A stretch of 64,000 nt of DNA, from the NCBI GenBank assembly GCA_963702095.1, contig OY969706.1:2048001-2112000 (forward strand). The letters run 5' to 3'. Position numbers and translations under genes: made by a program. This stretch comes from Candidatus Bathyarchaeota archaeon. Lineage in GTDB: Archaea > Thermoproteota > Bathyarchaeia > Bathyarchaeales > Bathycorpusculaceae. Under the pieces are notes generated by a model. The model did no database searches, was not told the origin of the DNA, and was given only the letters and a program-made list of their open reading frames with translations. Positions 28,253 through 39,028 of the stretch are shown here, piece after piece (within the stretch, counting starts at the first letter, position 1; every line of letters starts with the position of its first letter).

Positions 28253-29127
28253 TGGTCACCGACCTTTTCTCCGGTTTGTTCAATAAACACGTCTTCCAAG
28301 TTGGATTCGCGGATAATCACTGTTCGTGCTTCGGTGGGCAAATCCTTGATATAGGTGTTAGCGGTTTCGCGGTCGCCAAAAAACTGGTAATGCGTCTCTC
28401 TATTTTCAATGAGGGTTTCAACGACAACTGAACCGACTTTTTTGCGGAGCGCCAGAGGCTTATCTACCGCAATTAGTCGCCCGTGGTGCATGATGCCGAC
28501 GCGGTTGCATAGAACTTCTGCTTCCTCAATATAGTGGGTTGTTAGGAAAATCGTTGTACCGTCACTGTTTAGGCGGCGCATTAAATCCCACAGGCGACGC
28601 CGTGCCTGAGCGTCCAAGCCCACTGTTGGCTCATCCAAAAACAGCAGTTTAGGCTCATGTATGAGACTGCAGACAATGGCTGCTTTCTTTTTCATTCCAC
28701 CCGAAAGGGTGTCAACCATTTTGTCCGCATATTCCTTGAGTTCAACGTATTCCAGCAATTCAGCTATACGGTGTTTGCGCCTAAAAGAATCTAAACCATG
28801 AATGCGGGCGTGAAACTCCATGTTTTCGCGGATTGTGAGGTCTCGGTCTAAACTTAGATGCTGCTGCACAACGCCAATCATTTTTTTAGCTTTATTTGGT
28901 TCCTCTTTAAGGTCGTAACCGCCCACTGAAACAAAACCTGAAGTGGGATGGGAAAGAGTCGTTAAGACACGGATTGTCGTGGTTTTTCCAGCTCCGTTTG
29001 GACCCAAAAAACCAAAGATTTCTCCGCTGTGAACACGCAAGTCCAAGTTATTTATCGCGTTTATGGTTCCATAGTTTTTACATAGGTTCTCGGTGTAGAT
29101 GAAGTCTATCAAATGTTTAGCCTCCAA
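28249..29127 (-). CDS. ABC exporter ATP-binding protein (DrrA/NodI-like)
   Basis: GPNGAGKTT; LSGGM; LDEPTVGLD; TTHY. Confidence 0.93.
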   Translation of the reverse strand: MEAKHLIDFIYTENLCKNYGTINAINNLDLRVHSGEIFGFLGPNGAGKTTTIRVLTTLSHPTSGFVSVGGYDLKEEPNKAKKMIGVVQQHLSLDRDLTIRENMEFHARIHGLDSFRRKHRIAELLEYVELKEYADKMVDTLSGGMKKKAAIVCSLIHEPKLLFLDEPTVGLDAQARRRLWDLMRRLNSDGTTIFLTTHYIEEAEVLCNRVGIMHHGRLIAVDKPLALRKKVGSVVVETLIENRETHYQFFGDRETANTYIKDLPTEARTVIIRESNLEDVFIEQTGEKVGDQ

Positions 29128-29130
29128 GGA

Positions 29131-29889
29131 TTAGTTATCATGTTTTTTTAGCGCCTCTGCAACGGCGGTTTTGGCGGTGTAACCTATCAACTCACCCATC
29201 TTCGTGTGCCCGCCTGTATGCCGAATCAGAAGGTCAGGATGCACGCCTGAAACAACAATCATGCTGTCTGTTCCGGTGCCTGTGGCTTGAATCTTGGGGG
29301 AAGGCGTACTTCTATAGTCTAAGTCTTGTAGGGCAGCGGACTTGGCTTCTGTAGCAGTCATAATAGCCCGAGCCATGGCGCCCCAAGTCAAAGACACATT
29401 CGTCAACAGAATAATGTTTATGGTGCCTGGTTTAGCGTGAAACGCCTTTTCTTTTTCGGTCCATTGACCCTCATCTACGCCTGCTCGGAGCGCATTGTTC
29501 CGTGCGCCGCCTGTTGCGATACAGCAAACATGAAAGTCTTCAAACGTTTTTTCACAGAAAGCCACCTTTTCCATATCAACGCCTGTACTTATGAAAGTTA
29601 ACTGGCTGCAGCGAAGACCTAAAGTAGCGGGTAAACGTCGCACGAACTTTGCGTATTTTTTCAACGTCATGTTGTTGGCGGATATGGGGTCGGGGACATA
29701 CACGTTGGCAACGTTGTTTACGTGCCTAATGCCGTCTAATGTTGAGAGGACGCTTCGTTTTTCTTTGAAAGATACAAGGGTTGTGTTTAGTTCAACGCCG
29801 TCAAATCTGTGGTAAACTACGTTTGCTTCAACGCCTTCAAGGTGCAGGTTCAAACTTTTCTCTTTGTATTTTGTTACGGGATCGATCAT
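29131..29889 (-). CDS. cbiZ: Adenosylcobinamide amidohydrolase-like protein
   Basis: GTINIILL; TATEAKSAAL; ATGTGTD motifs. Confidence 0.85.
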   Translation of the reverse strand: MIDPVTKYKEKSLNLHLEGVEANVVYHRFDGVELNTTLVSFKEKRSVLSTLDGIRHVNNVANVYVPDPISANNMTLKKYAKFVRRLPATLGLRCSQLTFISTGVDMEKVAFCEKTFEDFHVCCIATGGARNNALRAGVDEGQWTEKEKAFHAKPGTINIILLTNVSLTWGAMARAIMTATEAKSAALQDLDYRSTPSPKIQATGTGTDSMIVVSGVHPDLLIRHTGGHTKMGELIGYTAKTAVAEALKKHDN

Positions 29890-32800
29890 TTATTTTCCTC
29901 CATTTTGTTTTTCGTTTGTGTCTTCAAGTAAGCCTTCAATGCTTAGGTAGAGTTTCTCAAGCTCTTTCTTCATATCCTCAGGAGCCTGCCAAATATCTCG
30001 GTTAATAGCTTCCAATAGCCGCTCAACCATGTTCTGTAATGCATAGGGGTTGACGTCTTTGAGCCACTCCTGCATGGCTTTATCCAAAACGTACTTTTGC
30101 GCTAAACCCTCCCACATCCAGTCCTCAACTACTTCGACTGTGGCGTCCCAGCCAAGCACAGTATCCATGGTTCGGGACAGGTCTGCGGCGCCCTGGTAGC
30201 CGTGCCGTTTCATGCCTTCTATGTATTTTGGGTTGAGTAGCCGGCTACGGAAAACATGGCAGGTTTCTTCGGCGGTGCTTCTGACTTTTACACGTTTGGG
30301 GTCACTGCTGTCGCCGCAGTAGGAGCGGGGGGCTTTGCCGCCGACGATTTTAACAGCGTTTATCATGCCTCCGTGGGAATCGTACCAGTCGTCACCGTCC
30401 AAGATGTCGTATTCCCGTGAATCTTGGTTCTTCACTGTCACGTTGATTTTACTTAGGCACCGCTTAAACTGCTCTGGAACCTGCACTCCGTAGGTTGTAC
30501 GGGTATAGGCATAGCTGCCCCAGTTGATGTAGATGTCAGAGAGGTCTTGCTGGGTTTTCCAGTTTTTAGAGTCAATAGCTTCGCTGACGCCGCAACCGTA
30601 TGCGCCGGGGCGGTCGCCGAAGATGCGGTAGCAGGCTTCTTGGCGGGCTTTTTTGGCGTCTGTGCCTTTGGCTGTTTCCTCGGCGACTTCTGCTTCCACG
30701 TGTTTCCTCACAAAGTTTTGGCTATGCGACTCATCTAAGCCCGCTACCAGCTCGATGGCTTGGTCAAGCAGGTTTACCACGACGGGAAAACTGTCGCGGA
30801 ACATGCCACTAATGCGCATTGTAACGTCAATACGGGGGCGTTTTAGCTCGCTTAGAGGGATGACTTCTATGCCTACAACTCTGCCGCTGGACCGCTCCCA
30901 CACTGGCTTCACACCCAGCAGGTAGAAGATTTCAGCAACGTCGTCTCCTTTAGTTTTCATGGTGTCGGTTGCCCAAATGACGACACCGACGGATTCAGGG
31001 TATTTGCCTTCCTCTTTGAGGTAACGCTCCAGCAGAACGTTGACTAATGAGACGCCGACTTCCCAAGAAGCTAATGAAGGGACGGCACGAGGGTCAACGG
31101 AATAAAAGTTTCGTCCAGTAGGCAAAATGTCGGCCATGCCTCTTGTCATAGAGCCTGATGGCCCAGGAGGCACGTAGCCACCGCTGCATCCGGATAAGGT
31201 GTAGGTTATTTCGTCTGTTGTGCTGGAGAGGGCGGGGGCAAGAAAGCTGCTGATGTATTGGAGGCAGGATTCGATTTTTGGGGTGCTTGCGCCAAGTACA
31301 GCAGTGGTTACTTCGCATATTTTTTCCTGTTTGAAATCTTTAGCGTGGAACTTCTGGATAAGGTCAAGGGAGATGGCGCTGATTTCGTTTAGGCGGTCCG
31401 CGTTGGTTTTGCCATTTGCACACAGTTTGCCCCTATGCGCCAAGAGGTCCTCGAAGTCATAGCCTTTGAACTCTGCAAGGGACTGACGCAAAGAGGGCAC
31501 ATCACCGTTGCTTAAGCGAGTTAGAGATACTAAGAACTCGTCGAGCCGTAGGTCTTTGGGAGCTTCGCCTAAAGTGTGGAGTCCATCGCGGATTTGCGCA
31601 TCAGACAATTCGTTAATGTATGCGTGCAGTTGCTCAAGGAAGTCGTCGAAGGCGGCGTAGGCGGCTTCTTGGGTTACGTTTAGGTCTTTGTCGAGTTTGG
31701 CGGCAACCACGTTCTCCCAAATCAAGCCTTGCAGAACAGACAATTTCTCTTGGTCAACCGTTTTTGCATGATAGTATTCTTGTAGCTGAACTTCAAGTCT
31801 GGCGAGTTCTTCGTAGGAGTCCGCGTTATGCATAACGGGAACGAGGTGCTCGATTATACAGCAGTAGCCGCGCCGTTTAGCTTGGGTACCTTCTCCGGGA
31901 TTAGTAATAACGTAGGGGTAAATGTTGGGCATGTCTGAGATGGTGATGTCGGACTGGCAGGACCTGGATAATCCGACGGATTTGCCGGGCAGCCACTCTT
32001 GTGTGCCATGGGTGCCGACGTGCATAATGACGTTTGCGCCGAAGACGTCGCGTATCCAGCGGTAGTAGGCGTGGTAATGGTAGGGCATGGCTATGTCGGG
32101 GCTATGGTAGATGTTTACGGACTCCTCCATAAAGCCGCGCGGAGGCTGCATTCCGATGAAAACATTGCCGTTGATTAAACCTGCAACCACCAATTTGTCG
32201 TTATAACAGAAGATTTTACCAGGCCGCTTTCCCCAGTCCTCCTCCATCTTGGCTGCGATGTCGGGGGCTAAATCTTCAAACCACAACTCATACTGTGAAA
32301 GCGAAATTTTGTCCAGTGCACGTTCGTAGAGTTCCTGTGGACTTGCCCATCTTCTATCGTTAGTTAAGCCTGCAATGATTGTGTCCATGAGTTTCTGGCT
32401 GCTTTCCGGCAACTCGCCCAGCGTGTAGCCTTGCTGCTTTAAGCCCTCAAGAATGTTCATCACTGAAGCGGAAGAATCTAAGCCGAAAGCATGACCAATC
32501 GTGTCGTTTCTTGGGGGGTAATTGTGGAAGATAATTGCTACCTTCTTCTCTTTGTTGGGTAGCCGACCAAGTTTTCCCCAGTTAATGGCGAGGCGAACCG
32601 CTTTTTGGGTGCGTTCCTCTATGGCTTCATACTTGATTAGCCGTGTTCCAGTGGATGGGTTGATTTGGCAATAGTCCATGGCGGCAACTGGCACCGTTAT
32701 GAGGGCGCCGTCGAATTCTGGCATTGCAACGTTAGCTGGAATGTCCATTATGTTGAGGCCTTGTTGTGTGTCGCGCCATTCCTCGTAGGTGTTGCAGGTT

Positions 32801-33645
32801 AAAATGGCTTTTATAATCGGGACATTGAGTTTTCTGAGTATGCCTGATGCGTCGATGCCTGAGAGGCATGTGGAAAACGAGAAAGAAAACATGCTCAAAA
32901 CCACGTCAACGAGTGGTTTGCCGTTTTTTAGGAAGTAGTTGTCTATTATCCATTCAAGCCCGTTTATGCCCAGTTTGGGGTTTTTTGATCCGCTGAAGAA
33001 CACTGGAAGTACATTGGCGCCTTGCGCTTCGATTTCACGGATTGCAATGTCGATGAAGCCTGTGTTGCCGCCGATCCAGTGGCTCTGATGGAACCATAAC
33101 CCAACAGTCACGCGGTTGTGCAGCAGCTTCTTTTCTGTGTACTCCTCCAGAGTAGGGAGATGGTCGAAGTCAGGGTGGTAGATGCCTTCCCAAAGCGGCT
33201 TTGTAGGAGGTTCAACGGTGAAGTTGGCGCCAGCAAAGCGGCTGAGCAAATAGTAGAAGAGGTTTTCAAAGTTTTTTACGCCGCCATAGTTGAGGTAAAA
33301 GTAGATTTGCTGTTTATCCTCGGCCGGCACCGTTGTATATTTTGTTTGTTTATTGCCTCCAAAGAAAGGCGCGGCAACCATTAGCGGCACTTTAGCGGTT
33401 TTTAGGGCTTCAACTAACTTGTCGAATTCTGGGAGGTCACCCATCAAATGTACGATGACTATGTGGGCTTTTTGGGAGAAACGGATAAAATCGTCCAGTG
33501 TACCGAAGTCTCGGAAGTCGCCGCCAGTACGCAGACACAGCTCAACGGAGTCGGGATTTTTCTGGTTTAGCAGTTTAGCTGCTGCTATGGCGGGGGTCGC
33601 ATCAGTGGGGATTGTTGTTGCTAATGCTACTTTTAGTTTGGACAT
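29890..33645 (-). CDS. cobN: Cobaltochelatase large subunit CobN
   Basis: MPEFDG; HVGTHGTQEWLPGK; LPTGRNFYS; RPRIDV; RSRLLNPKYIEGMKRHGY. Confidence 0.95.
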   Translation of the reverse strand: MSKLKVALATTIPTDATPAIAAAKLLNQKNPDSVELCLRTGGDFRDFGTLDDFIRFSQKAHIVIVHLMGDLPEFDKLVEALKTAKVPLMVAAPFFGGNKQTKYTTVPAEDKQQIYFYLNYGGVKNFENLFYYLLSRFAGANFTVEPPTKPLWEGIYHPDFDHLPTLEEYTEKKLLHNRVTVGLWFHQSHWIGGNTGFIDIAIREIEAQGANVLPVFFSGSKNPKLGINGLEWIIDNYFLKNGKPLVDVVLSMFSFSFSTCLSGIDASGILRKLNVPIIKAILTCNTYEEWRDTQQGLNIMDIPANVAMPEFDGALITVPVAAMDYCQINPSTGTRLIKYEAIEERTQKAVRLAINWGKLGRLPNKEKKVAIIFHNYPPRNDTIGHAFGLDSSASVMNILEGLKQQGYTLGELPESSQKLMDTIIAGLTNDRRWASPQELYERALDKISLSQYELWFEDLAPDIAAKMEEDWGKRPGKIFCYNDKLVVAGLINGNVFIGMQPPRGFMEESVNIYHSPDIAMPYHYHAYYRWIRDVFGANVIMHVGTHGTQEWLPGKSVGLSRSCQSDITISDMPNIYPYVITNPGEGTQAKRRGYCCIIEHLVPVMHNADSYEELARLEVQLQEYYHAKTVDQEKLSVLQGLIWENVVAAKLDKDLNVTQEAAYAAFDDFLEQLHAYINELSDAQIRDGLHTLGEAPKDLRLDEFLVSLTRLSNGDVPSLRQSLAEFKGYDFEDLLAHRGKLCANGKTNADRLNEISAISLDLIQKFHAKDFKQEKICEVTTAVLGASTPKIESCLQYISSFLAPALSSTTDEITYTLSGCSGGYVPPGPSGSMTRGMADILPTGRNFYSVDPRAVPSLASWEVGVSLVNVLLERYLKEEGKYPESVGVVIWATDTMKTKGDDVAEIFYLLGVKPVWERSSGRVVGIEVIPLSELKRPRIDVTMRISGMFRDSFPVVVNLLDQAIELVAGLDESHSQNFVRKHVEAEVAEETAKGTDAKKARQEACYRIFGDRPGAYGCGVSEAIDSKNWKTQQDLSDIYINWGSYAYTRTTYGVQVPEQFKRCLSKINVTVKNQDSREYDILDGDDWYDSHGGMINAVKIVGGKAPRSYCGDSSDPKRVKVRSTAEETCHVFRSRLLNPKYIEGMKRHGYQGAADLSRTMDTVLGWDATVEVVEDWMWEGLAQKYVLDKAMQEWLKDVNPYALQNMVERLLEAINRDIWQAPEDMKKELEKLYLSIEGLLEDTNEKQNGGK

Positions 33646-34484
33646 GCTTTTAGCTCCTTGGAGTCTTTAGATTTATTTTCGAAGAACAGGTGTATTCTTG
33701 AGGAATACTCGTTAGCTTCGTTCACTATCGGCGTAATTTGGGGTTTACCGACAATGGAGAGGGAAACATCTGCCTTGATTCCGTAGACAGCCTCGATATT
33801 TTGGGCCGTAATCACTTCTTCAGGGCTTCCCACCGCGTAAATACAGCCGCGTTTAAGCATAAGCAGCCGATCAGAAAAACGACTGGCTAAATTCAAGTCA
33901 TGCATACTGAGAATAATGGAGCGTTCTTTGCTTTGCGCTAAACCCTTCAGCAAACAGAGAATCTCAAGCTGATGTTTAATGTCAAGTGAACTTGTGGGTT
34001 CATCAAGAAGCAGAAGCTGCGGCTGCTGTGCTAGAGCACGAGCGATGATAACTTTTTGTTGCTCGCCGCCGCTGAGTTCAGTGAAATGGCGCATGGCAAG
34101 GTGGTCAATTCCTAAGAACTGCAGCATTTGAGCGACGATTTCGTTGTCACGTTCGCCGATGCTCCAGTGTATGTAGGGTTTTCTGCCCATCATTACGATG
34201 TCGAATACTGTGAAGGGGAAGGTGCTGGTTGAGCTTTGGGGGACATAACCCATTAGTTTGGATAATTCTTTGAGGTTGAGTTTGCTGGTGTCTTGGTCGT
34301 CAACGAGGATAGTGTTCTGTTTTGTTTTTAAAATGCGGTTAATGCATTTTAGCAGGGTGCTTTTGCCTGAACCGTTAGGGCCAATAATGGTTACTAACTC
34401 GCCCAGTCCAACGCTTAAATCGACGTCTTTTAGGACCTCAACTCCAGCGTAACTGAAGGATAGATCATTTATTGTCAGTTTCAA
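33633..34484 (-). CDS. ABC importer ATP-binding protein (BtuD/FecE type)
   Basis: GPNGSGKST; LSGGEQQ; HDLNLA. Confidence 0.93.
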   Translation of the reverse strand: MKLTINDLSFSYAGVEVLKDVDLSVGLGELVTIIGPNGSGKSTLLKCINRILKTKQNTILVDDQDTSKLNLKELSKLMGYVPQSSTSTFPFTVFDIVMMGRKPYIHWSIGERDNEIVAQMLQFLGIDHLAMRHFTELSGGEQQKVIIARALAQQPQLLLLDEPTSSLDIKHQLEILCLLKGLAQSKERSIILSMHDLNLASRFSDRLLMLKRGCIYAVGSPEEVITAQNIEAVYGIKADVSLSIVGKPQITPIVNEANEYSSRIHLFFENKSKDSKELKACPN

Positions 34485-35554
34485 CCGAAACTTCGCCGCC
34501 GTTTGCTTATTAGTAGATAAACGAAGAATGGAACACCTATTAGAGCAGTAACGATGCCCACGGGAAGTTCTGTCGGCATAATTATTAGGCGGCCTACTGT
34601 GTCGGCGCCAAGAAGCATAAGTGAACCCATAAGGATGCTGCAGGGGATGAGGTAGCGGTGGTCGTTGCCGATGAGCATCCTAGCGATGTGGGGAGCAATT
34701 AAATCTACAAAACCGATGATTCCAGTAAACGCTATTATGCTTGCAGTTGCGACGGTTTCCAAAATCATGTTTGTAGCCAAAACACGTTTGGAGTTCACAC
34801 CTAGGCTTACGGCGACGTCTTCGCCCATGCTCATGATGTTGATGTTCCACGATTGAAACATCATAAGAACCATTGCGATGCCGACAATTGGCAGGCAGAT
34901 TAGGATGCTGTCCCAAGTTGCCGTGTAGAGCCCGCCCATGAGCCAAAAGACAATAGCTTGCACAGCGTTCTGTTGAGGAGAAATATATTGTATCAGTGAA
35001 AGGAGCGCTGAAAACAGGAAGCCGACGGCTACCCCCGCCAAAATCACGGTTTCTGAACTCATCCCCCTTATGCGCGCGATTGTATATACGATTATCATTG
35101 CTATCAGGCAGAATACGAAGGCGTTACCGATTACCAGGTATCCGCCTAGGGTGGCGACGCTTATTCCAAAGACTATAGCTAAGGCAGCGCCGAAACCTGC
35201 AGCTGAAGAAATGCCCAGTACATAAGAGGAAACAAGTGGGTTCCGCAGAATTCCCTGCATGGCGGCACCTGCGGCGGCAAGACCTGCGCCAGCTATTATT
35301 GCCATGACAATTCTTGGCAGTCGTATGGTCCAAATTATGGTTTGGTCAAGGGATGACCCGGGGTTAATATGTAGGAAAGGGAAAGTTTTTGAGATGATAA
35401 CGTTTATTGCTTCACCGAGACCAGGGGAAGCAGCGCCTAAACTCAGTGAAACAATAGCGGTTAATACTAAAGCTAAAAAGATGGAGAGTATGACAAGAAT
35501 TTTTTTCTTCTTGCCTTTACTGTAGAGTTTCTTTATTTCAGCGGTTGTTGTCAT
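34481..35554 (-). CDS. ABC importer permease (BtuC/FecCD type)
   Basis: IRLPRI; RNPL; GIIGFVDLIAPHIAR. Confidence 0.93.
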   Translation of the reverse strand: MTTTAEIKKLYSKGKKKKILVILSIFLALVLTAIVSLSLGAASPGLGEAINVIISKTFPFLHINPGSSLDQTIIWTIRLPRIVMAIIAGAGLAAAGAAMQGILRNPLVSSYVLGISSAAGFGAALAIVFGISVATLGGYLVIGNAFVFCLIAMIIVYTIARIRGMSSETVILAGVAVGFLFSALLSLIQYISPQQNAVQAIVFWLMGGLYTATWDSILICLPIVGIAMVLMMFQSWNINIMSMGEDVAVSLGVNSKRVLATNMILETVATASIIAFTGIIGFVDLIAPHIARMLIGNDHRYLIPCSILMGSLMLLGADTVGRLIIMPTELPVGIVTALIGVPFFVYLLISKRRRSFG

Positions 35555-36777
35555 GGATACGCAAACGTCCCTGCGATGGCTGTTCCGAAAAACTTTTGAT
35601 TAAGTTCCTGGCTTACTGTACCTGGGTCTATGTCTGAGAAGAGGCTTGGCTGGAGCCATTTCGCCCAGTAAAGGTATCCGACTACCGAGCGGACACCGTT
35701 AATGGCGTAAAAGTCGCAGATATAGACCCTATCATACTTGACAGCATCAGTACCTTGTGTTGAAACACGGTTCATTACTGAATTTTTCGCAGCTATGAAA
35801 TCATTGATGTTGAAAGTTTGGCTGTTAAACAGTTCGATAATTACAGAAGGGTTCGCTTCGACTATGAATTCGGGGCTTATAAATGGCGAGTAAGCTGACT
35901 CGTTTTCAGCAATGTTAATTCCTCCAGCTTGGTATACAGTTTGAGTGACGAAGGTGCGGTAATTGTTGTCGTACCATTCAAGGAAGACTTTGACTTGTTG
36001 ACCAGGTTCTAAGGAGTATATTCGGTCTTTGACGATTTTATTGTAGTTCTGCGCCCAAGTGATATATTCAGTTGCTTCTTGTTGGTGACCTATAATTTTT
36101 GTGAAGTTTTGCATTAAGTCACATGTCAAGTCAACTCTTGTGGGTAAAGCGTATAGTTCATCTTTGGTCATTTCAGATGGATTGGTCGGTTCAGGAGTTG
36201 TTGAGTCAACAATAAAGACGGGTATGCCCGCGTCAATGAGTTGTTGATAGGCTGTGGGGTTGTATGGCAGCATTGAACTGGCAAATATTACATCAGGGTC
36301 TTTTTCTATAAGGGTCTCAACGTTAGGGGCGTAATCGTTTTCTCCGACTGAGGTTACGTTTGAAAGTGAAGGCGGCATTGTGCAACTGTCGCATCTTGCA
36401 ACAATCATGTTTTGGGCACCCATGGCACATAAAATCTCAGAAATGCCTCCGTCGAGGGCTGCAACAGTGTGCACTGGAAGAGGAATAGTCATGGTGTTTC
36501 CTGCGTTATCAGTAACTGTGACGCTTGTAGGGGCTGGTGTGGGACTTGTAGTTGGCTGTGACGTAGCTGTTGAGGTAGCCGTTGGGTGAGGAGTGGATGT
36601 AGATGTGCCTGTTGGGCTTGTGGTAGGAGCAGAAGTGGGTGCTTGAGTGGGGTTTGCTGTTGGAGTTGGAGTCGGCGACGGGGTGTTTGCGAAGTAAACG
36701 GTGTATGCGCCATAAGCTGACGCAGACAAAATTACTGCAACAAGGACGAGGGTGATAACAGTGTAAGTTTTATTCAT
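35551..36777 (-). CDS. ABC substrate-binding protein (BtuF/class III), Pro/Thr stalk
   Basis: N-terminal TM, TP repeats, VTVTDNAG, NVETLIEKDPDV, AGGINIA. Confidence 0.9.
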   Translation of the reverse strand: MNKTYTVITLVLVAVILSASAYGAYTVYFANTPSPTPTPTANPTQAPTSAPTTSPTGTSTSTPHPTATSTATSQPTTSPTPAPTSVTVTDNAGNTMTIPLPVHTVAALDGGISEILCAMGAQNMIVARCDSCTMPPSLSNVTSVGENDYAPNVETLIEKDPDVIFASSMLPYNPTAYQQLIDAGIPVFIVDSTTPEPTNPSEMTKDELYALPTRVDLTCDLMQNFTKIIGHQQEATEYITWAQNYNKIVKDRIYSLEPGQQVKVFLEWYDNNYRTFVTQTVYQAGGINIAENESAYSPFISPEFIVEANPSVIIELFNSQTFNINDFIAAKNSVMNRVSTQGTDAVKYDRVYICDFYAINGVRSVVGYLYWAKWLQPSLFSDIDPGTVSQELNQKFFGTAIAGTFAYP

Positions 36778-36791
36778 TTTTTCACCTCCCC

Positions 36792-38786
36792 TTAATTGTT
36801 AATAGGTATCCCGGAGGGATCGTGAAACAGTTTAGTTCTAACAGCTGAAGCAATAGGTGCCGCGCTTAATTCCTCTAAACGCAGATACTTACCGCGCATC
36901 GCATCAGAAATCTGCTTAACCAAACCAAAAGTGATGAAGCCGCGTTCAGTGTCTATAGCGATTGATTGTATGTTTTTAGAAGCTATTTCACAAGCGAGAC
37001 GTTTTGCCTCTTCCACTGGGTCGCCGCCGTATAGGTTAACGTTTGCACGCCCGTCAGAAACCAACACTAAAAGAGGAATGTCATCAGTCCGCAGGCTATA
37101 CTCGACAGCATCCATACCGAGTTTTAATCCATGAGCCAATGGGGTTCGACCGCCCGTGGGTAGTTTAGCTAAATATTTCTGCGCTAACTCAACACTGTTG
37201 GTGGGAGGCAACACCAGCTCCGCTGAGTTCTTGCGGAACACCACCATGCCTACGCGGTCCCGCCGCTGATAAGCATCCAGCAAAAGAGAAAGAACCGCGC
37301 CTTTGGTGGCGCTCATCCGTTCCTCAGCCGCCATAGAACCGCTGGCGTCAACAACAAACATGATTAAGTTGCCCATCTTGGTTTCCCTGACTTTTTCACG
37401 TAAATCGCAGTTTTCAATCAAAAGGGCTGTCGGCTGGGCGCTGGCTGATTCTTTTCGGCGTTTCTGGAAGGGGGCCGCCGCACGTAGGGTTGCGTCAAAC
37501 GCTAAATCGGTGACTTTGCCTTTGGGAATCATGCTGGCTACATAGTGGCCTCTTTTAGAATCGGTAAGTGTTTTTGACCTTCGTCCCGAACCATGCCGCT
37601 CAACATCGTCGAGGACACATGCGGATAAGGGTTTTACGGTGTAGGGTTTGTCAGCTTGGAAAACCTGTTCTTTTGCATGTTCCTCTTGCTTATTGGATTC
37701 GTTGGGATTTTGGGAACTGTCGTTTTCTTGTGGTTTTGGTTGCTTGTTCTGGTTCCATTTCTGTATGCTCTCCTTAACTTGCTGTTGCTCCATTTCGGGT
37801 TCTTCGAAAGGCTGGCGGCGTTGGCGATGTGGAAGCACCAGTTCGGCGGCTTCTTTTATGTTGTCTTCGGTGACTTCTGTGCGTCCATTATAGGCGGCTA
37901 TGGTGCAAGCAGTTTTATACATTGTAATGTCTGCTCGGTGACCGTCCACGCCAAAGTCAATACAAATCTGAATTATAAGATCAAGTAAGTCTGCACTTAG
38001 TATTACCTTGGGTAAAAGTGCGGTTGCAGAGAGAATTCTTTGGCGCAGCATTTCTTGGTTATCAAACTGGGCAGCAATGAAGGAAGCGAAGTTGCTTTCA
38101 AAAGCAATACGTCGGCGAACTATTTCGGCTCTGGCTTCCCGGTAGGGTATACCTTTAACCTCCACGGAGAGGGCAAAGCGGTCTAATAATTGAGGCCGCA
38201 GTTCGCCTTCCTCAGGATTCATAGTTCCAATCAAAACAAATTGGGAGGGATGGCAAAAAGATACGCCTTCGCGTTCAACAAAGTTTACGCCCATTGCCGC
38301 CGCGTCAAGAAGTACATCGACTAAGTGGTCATCGAGCAAGTTTACTTCGTCAATATAGAGGATGTTGCGGTTGGCTTGAGCTAGGATGCCGGGATCAAAA
38401 TGTTTCTCGCCTGTTTTGATGGCTTTCTCGATGTCGATTGTGCCTACCAATCGGTCTTCTGTGGCGCCGACGGGCAACTCAACAACGGAAACAGAACGTT
38501 TGGTTACTGGGAGTTTTTCGCCGTTTGCATGTTTTGCGGCACAGGCTTCGCAGAGGGCTTTGAGGTTTTTTGGGTCACAGCGGAAGGGGCAATTGGTTAC
38601 GGTTTCGACTTCGGGCAGTAGGTTTGCTAGTGCGCGTACGGTTAGGGATTTGCCGGTTCCTTTTTCGCCTCGGAGAAGGACGCCGCCGATTTTTGGGTTG
38701 ATTACGTTCAGGATTAGGGCGAGTTTCATCTTTTCTTGGCCGACGATGGCGCTGAAGGGGTAGACGATTTTGTTTTGGCTCTGCAT
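36792..38786 (-). CDS. chlD: Chelatase ChlI/ChlD-type subunit (AAA+ fused to vWA)
   Basis: YPFSAIVGQ; GEKGTGKS; LRPQLLDRF; [13 protein letters not shown]; TGGRTPL. Confidence 0.92.
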   Translation of the reverse strand: MQSQNKIVYPFSAIVGQEKMKLALILNVINPKIGGVLLRGEKGTGKSLTVRALANLLPEVETVTNCPFRCDPKNLKALCEACAAKHANGEKLPVTKRSVSVVELPVGATEDRLVGTIDIEKAIKTGEKHFDPGILAQANRNILYIDEVNLLDDHLVDVLLDAAAMGVNFVEREGVSFCHPSQFVLIGTMNPEEGELRPQLLDRFALSVEVKGIPYREARAEIVRRRIAFESNFASFIAAQFDNQEMLRQRILSATALLPKVILSADLLDLIIQICIDFGVDGHRADITMYKTACTIAAYNGRTEVTEDNIKEAAELVLPHRQRRQPFEEPEMEQQQVKESIQKWNQNKQPKPQENDSSQNPNESNKQEEHAKEQVFQADKPYTVKPLSACVLDDVERHGSGRRSKTLTDSKRGHYVASMIPKGKVTDLAFDATLRAAAPFQKRRKESASAQPTALLIENCDLREKVRETKMGNLIMFVVDASGSMAAEERMSATKGAVLSLLLDAYQRRDRVGMVVFRKNSAELVLPPTNSVELAQKYLAKLPTGGRTPLAHGLKLGMDAVEYSLRTDDIPLLVLVSDGRANVNLYGGDPVEEAKRLACEIASKNIQSIAIDTERGFITFGLVKQISDAMRGKYLRLEELSAAPIASAVRTKLFHDPSGIPINN

Positions 38787-38826
38787 TGCGAACTTCTCCA
38801 CGGTTGGATGGATTAGCCAATACAAC

Positions 38827-38879
38827 ATATAAACTCTTGCTTAACACAAGTTAATAGTAAGTTGATTAACTCAGGTTGA
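38827..38879 (-). promoter_or_regulatory. TATA + operators TTAACACAAGTTAA and TTAACTCAGGTTGA of the chlID-cobN operon
   Basis: Palindrome 38841-38854 lies 6 bp from the TATA; second site at 38866-38879. Confidence 0.72.
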
Positions 38880-39028
38880 CCATAACCCAACAACAATACA
38901 AACCCAAACAAAACACCATACAAAACCGAACTAAAACAGATCGACAACTAAAAAAACAAACCCAAACCTAATCAATGAACCCATCCACAACAACACCTTC
39001 AAAAAAGCTTCAGCAGCACACACACATA

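Noticed and set aside
37650-37830. Programmed frameshift producing ChlI from chlD
   Set aside because: The gene is in one frame and I found no in-phase slippery heptamer or long A run in the linker
38790-39028. Cobalamin riboswitch before the cobN operon
   Set aside because: No B12-box; the leader is only about 15 nt and the rest is an unstructured AC-rich tract
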